The position numbers and the translations under genes are program-made. The notes below the pieces were generated by a model that saw nothing but the letters and a program-made list of their open reading frames with translations, was not told where the DNA came from and did no database searches. 64,000 bases of DNA from Actinomycetota bacterium (lineage in GTDB: Bacteria; Actinomycetota; Acidimicrobiia; Acidimicrobiales; Acidimicrobiaceae), in NCBI GenBank assembly GCA_027322285.1, contig DAHVRV010000001.1:42367-106366 (forward strand). The letters are read 5' to 3'. This document shows positions 41,111 through 48,972 of the stretch, piece by piece; position 1 is the stretch's first letter, and the number at the start of each line of letters is the position of its first letter.

Positions 41111-42156
41111 CTGTTATCTCCTCGCTTTTTAGCCAGACTCTGTACGAGCTCGTCATTTACGGCTGCATCCAGCAATATGTCTATCGCTAGATCCGGGCAT
41201 AAGCGTGCGCAAAGCCCGCAGCCAGTACACCGATCCGGCTCGGACACCACTGCAATTTCCTGGGAATCAATCGACAGGACTCGCTCCGGACACACCGACA
41301 CACAAATGTTGCATCCTTTGCACCACGCTCTTGTAATCTCGACCCGCGGTGTCCCACCCATCCAAGAAGATATCGACATTGCGGCTTCGGAAGAGTTGCC
41401 CAGCTTTTTTATTCCGGAAGAAGCCGTTTTATTCCCATTGGTTGATCTATTTGGAAAGTCTTCGGAACGCGAGGAGGCACCCTGCCGGGCGGCAATGCTG
41501 CCCTTCCTCTCCTCATACCAGTTTCGTCCGTTTTCGAAGCTGAGCAGGTTAGCTTTGACTGTTTTTGGCGGAACAGTTGCCTCGATCGCCCTGTGCCAAA
41601 TCTCCACGGGCAATCCCATTTCCACAGAAAGCGCTCCAAGGAGAACAGTCTGGGCGCTGGGTGTCCGCTCGGAGGCTGTCTTGCCGACGATTCGATAGGT
41701 ATCCACAGGAACCACTCCGACGGGAGCTTCAGAATCCAGCGGATAGTTAATCTTTCCTCCGCGGCGGTCAACCTGCGCCGATGGCGGTATGCGGCGTTCA
41801 GTACTCACAAAAGCCACGCCCCCCGGCTTTAGATATTCGAGATACCGAAGCCCCTCCTCCCACTCAAATCCAAGAATCCACTCCGCTTGTCCCGGTTCGA
41901 CAATTACTGAGTGGACCTCTGGGCCAAACCTAAGATGGCTCACTACCGCTCCACCTCGCTGGGACATCCCGTGCACTTCAGACTTTTTTACATTCAGACC
42001 GGCCTCGATACACACATATGAAATCGTGTTGCTTGCGGTGATGATCCCCTGACCTCCGACACCGCCTAAAACCAAATTCCCCGAGCGGACAGACGCCACG
42101 TTCTCGCCACCATTTCCGTTAGTCATAACTTTTCCTGCAGGCTGATTAGAAGCCAA
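41107..42156 (-). CDS. iorB: Indolepyruvate:ferredoxin oxidoreductase beta subunit fused to a 2x[4Fe-4S] ferredoxin (delta-type) domain
   Basis: 349 aa. N-terminal IorB-like domain (LVLGGVGGQGIITASN...HGMSQRGGAVVSHLRFG), a low-complexity linker, then CKGCNICVSVCP...CTGCGLCARLCP. No stop codon between the two parts. Confidence 0.8.
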   Translation of the reverse strand: MASNQPAGKVMTNGNGGENVASVRSGNLVLGGVGGQGIITASNTISYVCIEAGLNVKKSEVHGMSQRGGAVVSHLRFGPEVHSVIVEPGQAEWILGFEWEEGLRYLEYLKPGGVAFVSTERRIPPSAQVDRRGGKINYPLDSEAPVGVVPVDTYRIVGKTASERTPSAQTVLLGALSVEMGLPVEIWHRAIEATVPPKTVKANLLSFENGRNWYEERKGSIAARQGASSRSEDFPNRSTNGNKTASSGIKKLGNSSEAAMSISSWMGGTPRVEITRAWCKGCNICVSVCPERVLSIDSQEIAVVSEPDRCTGCGLCARLCPDLAIDILLDAAVNDELVQSLAKKRGDNR

Positions 42157-42162
42157 GACAAC

Positions 42163-44163
42163 CTACCCCCTTTGACCAGAATCATTGAGCGATGCCAAGC
42201 TTTCTGGAGCCTTGTGATTGCCGTTAGTCTCTGAGTCGGCGGACAGTATTGCGCCTTGCGGGCATATCTGAGCGCAAACCGTACATCCAGAGCACAGCGC
42301 AGCATCTATCGTTATGCGCTTCGGCATGACGTCAAGGCTAAAGTCCCAGCCAAGAGCAGGACAGCCAAGGTTCATGCATAACTGGCACCCATCGCATTGG
42401 TTTGTATCGATATGGTAGACCCGACCTCTGCTCTTTACCGGAGATTCGACACATGATCGGGCAGTAATCACTACCGATACCCCGTCTCTGGCTATCGCAT
42501 TCTGCAAGGCCATACTCGTAGCACCAACGTCATATGGATCAACCACAACAACCTGGCTCACTCCGACTGCGCTGCAGATGGCCGGTATGTCCACTTTGGG
42601 GGCTGACTGGCCTCGAATGCCGGATGACGTTGCAGGATGAGGTTGGCCACCCGTCATTGCCGTAGTCCCATTGTCGAGCACCACGACAGTGATGTTCGCT
42701 TCGCGGTGTACCGCGTCGATAAGGGGAGGGATTCCAGCATGCAGAAAGGTCGAATCTCCCAGCACCGCAACTACCGGTCGTCCTCCCGTTCTTCCAGCCT
42801 TGGCAAGCCCGATCGCAATGCCGATGCTGGATCCCATAGAAAGACATGTATCCATCGAAGCGAGCGGCTCAGTGGCTCCAAGGGTGTAGCACCCTATGTC
42901 ACCGGCTACCACAGCGTCGAACTTTCTTAGAAGAAAAAACGGCGTCGCGTGGGAGCATCCCGAACACAGCAGAGGAAATCGGGGACCTACCTCTGGGACC
43001 GAGTGGGTCCCGGCTGAAAGTGCCGGTTCCTCAGGAGTTTCGAGCACACCCGCCTTCTGAAAACCTTCACGAATCAGGCGAGGCGATAGCTCGCCATTGC
43101 GTGGAAATAATTCGGCACCCTCAGCGACCAAACCGAAGATGGCCATCTCGTCCTTGAGGTAGGGTTCGAGTTCCTCAACTACAAAAAGTCTGTCCACCTT
43201 GCTTGCAAAGCTTCTTAGTTTCTCCTTTGGAACCGGAAATGTGAGGCCGAGCTTCAAAACGCTAGCTTCAGGCAACACATCTCTAACGTACTGATAAGAA
43301 ATTCCCGACGTGACAACTCCGACCCGCGAAGAGCGCATCTCCTCTGAATTGAAGGAGACCTCCTCAGCCCACTGTTCCATCTTGGAGAGGCGGTTTAAAT
43401 GTGATACATGCCGCGCTCTGGCGTTTCCGGGAAGCATGACGTATTTGCGCTGATCACGATGAAACTCCCCTTTTCTGGGGCTTTGCATTGGCTTGGGGAT
43501 GACATTTGAGCGCGAGTGGGAAATCCGGGTCGTCATGCGCAGCATTACCGGCGTATCCCACTTTTCGCTAAGTTCAAACGCGGCCCTGGTAAACTCGTAG
43601 GCTTCCTGGCTGTCCGAGGGCTCCAGCATCGGAATGCCGGCAAAACGAGCAAGATAACGGTTATCTTGTTCGTTTTGCGAGCTATGCATACCAGGGTCGT
43701 CTGCGTCAAGGATCACCACCCCTCCATTGACACCGATAAAGGGACTCGTCATAAAAGAGTCCATAGCCACGTTCAAGCCGACGTGCTTGGTGGTCACCAA
43801 CACTCTGTCACCAGCCAGCGAAGCACCCATAGCCACGTCCATGGCTACTTTCTCGTTGGTTGACCACTCGACGTAGATATCGGAAGCCGACGTAATTTTG
43901 GCTAAATACTCCAGCGTCTCCGTGCTAGGGGTACCAGGGTATCCGACGGCCATGCCAGCCCCCGAGTGCCAGGTAGCCAACGCAATAGCCTCATTGCCAG
44001 AAAGCAGGCCCTCATAAAAACTTACATTTTTAGTGGATTCATGCTTTGCCGATTTTCCCGACAACTCAGCACCGCCCGAGTGTTGCTTTTCGACATCTTC
44101 GTGGCCATTTTTGGCCACCATGCCCGACTTCACTTCGATCGTGGCCACGACCTCTTTTTTCAT
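42163..44163 (-). CDS. iorA: Indolepyruvate:ferredoxin oxidoreductase alpha subunit
   Basis: 666 aa. POR-N-like domain (GYPGTPSTE), TPP domain (GDSTFLHAG...NGTTAMTGGQ) and its own C-terminal two-cluster ferredoxin module (CDGCQLCMNLGCP, CSGCTVCAQICP). Confidence 0.85.
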   Translation of the reverse strand: MKKEVVATIEVKSGMVAKNGHEDVEKQHSGGAELSGKSAKHESTKNVSFYEGLLSGNEAIALATWHSGAGMAVGYPGTPSTETLEYLAKITSASDIYVEWSTNEKVAMDVAMGASLAGDRVLVTTKHVGLNVAMDSFMTSPFIGVNGGVVILDADDPGMHSSQNEQDNRYLARFAGIPMLEPSDSQEAYEFTRAAFELSEKWDTPVMLRMTTRISHSRSNVIPKPMQSPRKGEFHRDQRKYVMLPGNARARHVSHLNRLSKMEQWAEEVSFNSEEMRSSRVGVVTSGISYQYVRDVLPEASVLKLGLTFPVPKEKLRSFASKVDRLFVVEELEPYLKDEMAIFGLVAEGAELFPRNGELSPRLIREGFQKAGVLETPEEPALSAGTHSVPEVGPRFPLLCSGCSHATPFFLLRKFDAVVAGDIGCYTLGATEPLASMDTCLSMGSSIGIAIGLAKAGRTGGRPVVAVLGDSTFLHAGIPPLIDAVHREANITVVVLDNGTTAMTGGQPHPATSSGIRGQSAPKVDIPAICSAVGVSQVVVVDPYDVGATSMALQNAIARDGVSVVITARSCVESPVKSRGRVYHIDTNQCDGCQLCMNLGCPALGWDFSLDVMPKRITIDAALCSGCTVCAQICPQGAILSADSETNGNHKAPESLASLNDSGQRG

Positions 44164-45482
44164 ACCAGTGTCTCCTCATGCTGGTTGGAGCTAACGTTCC
44201 CTGTTATAGAACTCAATGCGACATTTATTTCCTCGTCAGTCAAAACATGCATAGATTGCTTTGCCGCATTCAACATTGCAGTCACAAGATCTGGAGACTC
44301 TCCATAACCATGTTGGCGGAGCCAGAACAACGCATTCCATTTCCCGCTCATCGGACCAACCAAAATTCGTTGCTCCCTTCCTACAAGCCCGGCAGGAATA
44401 GACGAATAGATGCGATCAGCAAGCCAGGCTTCACCTTTTTCATACGCTTTGGCTACCGCCGCAGCATGAACCCCCGTACTTGTGGCAAAAGCGTCATCTC
44501 CCACAACGGGGTAGTTCCTCACGATTGGGAAACCAGTCATTTCGCTTGCCAAACTGCAATAGGCCGGCAACATTGTCAGATCAGCATCCATCCAGCCTTT
44601 GAGGACTAAGTTGACTACCAAAGTATCCATCGACGTATTGCCAACCCGCTCGCCAACTCCCAGCGCACAGCCATGCACTCTTGTAGCGCCCGCGGAAAGT
44701 GCAGCAATGTTGTTGATGAGATCGAGTCCGCGATCACGGTGACCGTGAAAATCGATCTCAATCGCCGGAAAACCGATGTCATCCAATTCTTTGCGAATAA
44801 ATCGGATTAGATGTTGTACGCCAACCGGAGTAGCCGAGCCAACCGTGTCTGAAATGCACACGCGACTCGCTCCAGCTTCTGCGGCGGCGCGATAGAGTTG
44901 CGCAAGATCCTCCGGGCGTGCCCTAGTGGTATCTTCGGTTACAAACATGACTTCAAGACCATGGTTTACGGCGTAGCTGACCGCTTTAGCGGCAGTCTTG
45001 ACCATATCTTTCATGTCCCATCCCTCGACAAGCTGTCTAATCGGGCTGGACCCAAGAAACATCGTTGACTCAATTAGCAGTCCCGAACGCTGGCTCGCTT
45101 CTATCACTGGATCTATATCGGCGATGTGTGTGCGTCCCGCACAATTGGGGGCTATTGACAGATTCTCGGACCGAATTGTCTCTGCCAGCGATATCACATC
45201 CTCGAGCACGGCCGCGCTTGCGCCTGCATATCCGATGTTTGCAGAATGAATTCCCAGGGAAGGCATGAGACGCAGGAAGTCTCGTTTTTGGGCCAGTGTC
45301 GGCTGCAGACAAGATGGGGATTGCAGTCCATCTCGAAGGGTTTCATCATTTAGAATTATCTTTTCCGGCTGTTCAAACGAGCAAATTGGAGCGCCGATCA
45401 GATCCCAATCGAAAATAAGTCCCGAATAACTTGGATTCCCCCCCTTGGGAGGCCGAGATACTGACTTCTTGTTTTCTTGCAT
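44160..45482 (-). CDS. LeuA/homocitrate synthase/HMG-CoA-lyase-like (DRE-TIM metallolyase) family protein
   Basis: The track ORF is open from GTG 45653. ATG 45482 (MQENKK) follows the strong SD AAAGGAGGAG. NDETLRDGLQSP, the HGHRDRG metal site and the length (about 440 aa) fit the family. ATGA overlap with iorA. Substrates unknown. Confidence 0.75.
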   Translation of the reverse strand: MQENKKSVSRPPKGGNPSYSGLIFDWDLIGAPICSFEQPEKIILNDETLRDGLQSPSCLQPTLAQKRDFLRLMPSLGIHSANIGYAGASAAVLEDVISLAETIRSENLSIAPNCAGRTHIADIDPVIEASQRSGLLIESTMFLGSSPIRQLVEGWDMKDMVKTAAKAVSYAVNHGLEVMFVTEDTTRARPEDLAQLYRAAAEAGASRVCISDTVGSATPVGVQHLIRFIRKELDDIGFPAIEIDFHGHRDRGLDLINNIAALSAGATRVHGCALGVGERVGNTSMDTLVVNLVLKGWMDADLTMLPAYCSLASEMTGFPIVRNYPVVGDDAFATSTGVHAAAVAKAYEKGEAWLADRIYSSIPAGLVGREQRILVGPMSGKWNALFWLRQHGYGESPDLVTAMLNAAKQSMHVLTDEEINVALSSITGNVSSNQHEETLV

Positions 45483-45729
45483 TTGGCCTACTCCTCCTTT
45501 TGCCATGCGGGAAAATTGCATTTCACTGCCCCACAAATCAGGCTCTTGTCCACTTTTCCCCAACCAGCAATTCGCAGTCCTGAGAATCTGATACCCCAAA
45601 CACTTACGACAAAAGATCCAACTTTGCTTAATTCTGGCTTTTTGATTCCCCACTTAAATCGAACTTGCTAGATAACAGCCCGGCAATACTTGGACTTTAT
45701 CGCTATACGTTTACCCCTCTGATATAGAT

Positions 45730-45759
45730 ATTATATCCATAGACTGACCAGTCAGTCAA
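45730..45759 (-). promoter_or_regulatory. Sigma70-like promoter (TTGACT-18 nt-TATAAT) overlapped by a perfect 16-bp palindrome GACTGAC-TG-GTCAGTC; candidate TetR operator
   Basis: The minus strand reads TTGACTGACTGGTCAGTCTATGGATATAAT. The palindrome covers 45742-45757. The same geometry recurs at 48529-48558. Confidence 0.55.
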
Positions 45760-46342
45760 TTTAAGATCGAGATTTTTTTGGTCAAGCCTTGCCGCGCCAG
45801 GTCCACCCTTTAAATGACTGGCAGGCTAACCCTTCGGCTAATCACCAGCAAGAACCGCCGCAGTCCAATACAACAATGCGTTATTCGCCGCACATTGACA
45901 CGAATATCAAGTCCGCAGTTCATTTAGACCAATTTTCCGCTTACCAAAAAACGATATGGCCCTCCCTGAATGGCTCTAAGGAGACGCTAAAGCTGACGTT
46001 GCCGGCAAATATCCCGTTGCCTCTAGGGATCAAGCTAGGCTCGTCACGGTCTGGGTAATTTCCGAAAAGGCATCTTTGGCCCGTGTCTTCGGCTCCCAAG
46101 AAATACTCATAGTCAAAGAAAATGGCTGGAGCGCTAATGGGATGAGGTGCTCATGTTGCCTTGATCATGGCGCCATGCGCGGCGAATAGTCGGACGGGCA
46201 TGAGCCGATCCCGGCTCTGCGGATATATTTACTGCTGGCAGCGCTACGTTGGATTGCCCTCAGACAGTTAGGCCCTGCTGGCTTCAGCTGGGATATTCGA
46301 AACTCAGGACAGCAGGTGCATTGCACCGGCCGCCCTGATGGG

Positions 46343-46870
46343 TTAGTCGTCTTGTGCCTGCTCTGCACCTATCAAGGAAAGCATGGGCTCAATGCCGCCA
46401 TGTCGGAGCACGTCAATCATCGGTTCTGGAATGCTGTCGGCATCCAAAGTTGTGTTGCGCGCCGAAATGCTGACACGACCAGATATCACATCCACATCGA
46501 TGATATCGCCATCTTCAACCACTTCGGATAAAGTTGGACATGCGATAGCCACCAGCCCAATCGCAATAGCATTTCTCGCGAATATCCTTGCCAAGGAGTC
46601 GGCAACCACCGCTGCCACGCCGAGATCTTTCAAATGCTGCGGCGCTGACTCTCGAGATGAACCGCATCCAAAGTTAGGTCCAGCCACGACAATATCTCCA
46701 GGGCGCACCTGACTCGCAAACTCCGGGCGAGCTGACTCCAGCACATGCTTTAGGCGCTCCTCCATTGGATGATGGACGTACTGCCCTGGCGAGAGCATGT
46801 CGGTCGAGATATCAGACCCAAACAACCACGCCCTACCCTGAATTTTAGCCAAATCGTTATTCATCGCCAT
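46343..46870 (-). CDS. Aconitase-superfamily dehydratase small subunit, LeuD type 2-like
   Basis: 175 aa. GPNFGCGSSRESAP motif and short archaeal-type LeuD/HacB length. Confidence 0.85.
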   Translation of the reverse strand: MAMNNDLAKIQGRAWLFGSDISTDMLSPGQYVHHPMEERLKHVLESARPEFASQVRPGDIVVAGPNFGCGSSRESAPQHLKDLGVAAVVADSLARIFARNAIAIGLVAIACPTLSEVVEDGDIIDVDVISGRVSISARNTTLDADSIPEPMIDVLRHGGIEPMLSLIGAEQAQDD

Positions 46871-46873
46871 CTC

Positions 46874-48256
46874 TTATCTCCCGGAACTGCTTATCGAGGC
46901 GCCAGCAGGCGCGTTGCTCGACCCGTCCATGATCTCGCGGGGATCCGCTATTACACCTGCCAATGCCGAGGCAGCTGCCGTCAGAGGAGAGCCGAGATAG
47001 ATCTCGGCCTCTCCCGAACCCATCCTGCCCTGAAAGTTGCGGTTATGGGTGCCCAAACATCGTTCGCCCGGAGCTAAAAGACCCATATGACCACCAAAAC
47101 AAGGACCGCATCCAGGACCGCCAACGTAGGCGCCCGCAGCGACGAGATCCTCGATGATTCCTTCTTCAGCTGCTGCCGCCATGACAGTGGCGGACGCTGG
47201 AGTCACAATCAATCTCACACCTTTGGCAATGTGCTTGCCCCTTAGAACATCTGCTGCAAGTCGAAGATCTCCCAATCTGCCGTTGGTGCAGGATCCTATG
47301 AATACCTGGTCCAAAGGCACTCCGACTACGTCACCAACGTCGACGACATTTTCCACGTGATGAGGAACAGCAACCTGTGGCACCAACTTATCCAGTGAAA
47401 CATTGTGGCTTGCAAAATACCTTGCATCCTGCCTTAGCGTGGTTATGGGCCCTTCCGGAAAGATGGTGAACTTTGCTCCCATCTCCACTCCCATATTTGC
47501 AACCGTCATACGATCAGCCAAATCCAGTTTGCCGACGCTTGGGCCGCCAAACTCCACCGAACGGTACTGTGCCTCTGACGAGCCCACGACTTTCATCAAG
47601 TTCAAAATCAAGTCCTTGGCCGTCACTCCAAGTTGGAATTCTCCATCCAAGACAATCGCTATGCTCTCTGGAACCCTGAACCAGAGCTTGCCTGTTGCCA
47701 GAGAGTAGGCCATTTCTGTGCTGCCAATGCCGGACGATGCTACGCCCAAAGCACCATACGTGGTCGTATGCGAGTCGGTGCCAATGACAAGTTGTCCAGG
47801 CGCCACTCTATTTTCCTCGACCATAACCTGATGACAAATGCCTCGTCCGATTTCAAAAAAGGCATCTATCCCGTAATACTTGACAAGTTCCCGGGCTTTG
47901 GCTTGATGCGCGGAAGACGAGACCGATGGCGACGGCACCATATGGTCAAATACAACTGTCACTTTCGATGGATCGTTCAATCGCCGGATTCCAGCTCTTT
48001 GCAACATAGATAAGACGTCAGCAGCGAAGATGTCATGCATCATCATCGCGTCAACCTCAGCTATCACATATTCTCCCGGATTCACCCGATCCCTGCCACT
48101 AGCCCGAGCTAAAATCTCCTCAGCTACTGTTTGTTGACCAGACTGAGGCACACTACTCTTCGCTGCATTATTGATATCAGTAAAGCTCACCGCGTCCTCC
48201 ACTTTGTAACCAGCTTTGCCACCGATCTGCGCTTCTTTCCTGTGCGACTTTTTCAT
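46874..48256 (-). CDS. Aconitase-superfamily dehydratase large subunit, LeuC/HacA-like
   Basis: 460 aa. DSHTTT, GSCTNGR and the CGPCFG cluster-ligand regions. The family normally starts near TVAEEILARASG, so a GTG at 48151 is an alternative start. Confidence 0.85.
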   Translation of the reverse strand: MKKSHRKEAQIGGKAGYKVEDAVSFTDINNAAKSSVPQSGQQTVAEEILARASGRDRVNPGEYVIAEVDAMMMHDIFAADVLSMLQRAGIRRLNDPSKVTVVFDHMVPSPSVSSSAHQAKARELVKYYGIDAFFEIGRGICHQVMVEENRVAPGQLVIGTDSHTTTYGALGVASSGIGSTEMAYSLATGKLWFRVPESIAIVLDGEFQLGVTAKDLILNLMKVVGSSEAQYRSVEFGGPSVGKLDLADRMTVANMGVEMGAKFTIFPEGPITTLRQDARYFASHNVSLDKLVPQVAVPHHVENVVDVGDVVGVPLDQVFIGSCTNGRLGDLRLAADVLRGKHIAKGVRLIVTPASATVMAAAAEEGIIEDLVAAGAYVGGPGCGPCFGGHMGLLAPGERCLGTHNRNFQGRMGSGEAEIYLGSPLTAAASALAGVIADPREIMDGSSNAPAGASISSSGR

Positions 48257-48528
48257 TCATTTATGTCAGTCAGATTGCCTTCCAACCGGCAAAACACCTA
48301 TACCGGCCGACATCGCATATCGCACACTGTCTAAAGCGGCAAATTCCATCGATGCCTAAGAAATAGCTCCAACCAGCCTGCAATTTTTGCCGTCTCCCCC
48401 TCCTTGCACAAAACTCTTCTCTGCAGCTGGTATTGACCTTCGGCAATCGCGTGGAGTCCTGCTATCCAACAGAAAGCAGAACGCATCCAATCGACAACTG
48501 CACAGCAATACAGAAAAGCGATTGGGCT

Positions 48529-48558
48529 ATTCTAGGTACTGTCTGACCGGTTAGTCAA
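48529..48558 (-). promoter_or_regulatory. Sigma70-like promoter (TTGACT-18 nt-TAGAAT) overlapped by the operator-like 16-mer GACTAAC-CG-GTCAGAC
   Basis: The minus strand reads TTGACTAACCGGTCAGACAGTACCTAGAAT. The 16-mer (48541-48556) matches the 45742-45757 palindrome at 13 of 16 positions and sits in the same register relative to -35 and -10. Confidence 0.5.
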
Positions 48559-48972
48559 ACCTTCACAAAAGATTGCCCGCTAGCAATAGGAACTCTTGAA
48601 ATTGTCGAGAGCCAGGATTGTCCTTGAGCTCCATCCAGGCTTCAGCGAGTCTCGATTTTTTACAAATTTCGAGCTTTGGCTGAAAATTCAAGCGCGGCCA
48701 AGCTTTCCATTAAGACTGCGGGACTTTATACCATTCCAGCAAAATACCTAGCCATCCTTATTCTCCCGGCCGGGTGAGAACCTTGAACGCATCTCGCCCC
48801 ACTTTCCTTGGGCGCTCTGCGTGGCATCCATTCGTTGAGCATTTCCCCGATCTGGTCGCTGACCGGAAGCAGGCTCGAATCAGTCGGCAGCGTCCGTTCC
48901 CGCAATGCGAACCTCGTCGGTATGGCAGCACGTCAGCCGCCACAAGGCAACAAGCACTTCGCAGGCAAAGAA

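Noticed and set aside
45483-45653. N-terminal 57-aa extension of the LeuA-like ORF as real coding sequence
   Set aside because: A strong SD (AAAGGAGGAG) precedes the internal ATG at 45482, the extension is Trp/Cys-rich and unlike the family, and the shorter protein already has a normal N-terminal region. Kept as an open question in the leader finding.
45529-45717. The five GGGG runs in the leader RNA forming a G-quadruplex
   Set aside because: The runs are 29-66 nt apart, far longer than canonical quadruplex loops. Only the repeat pattern itself is reported.
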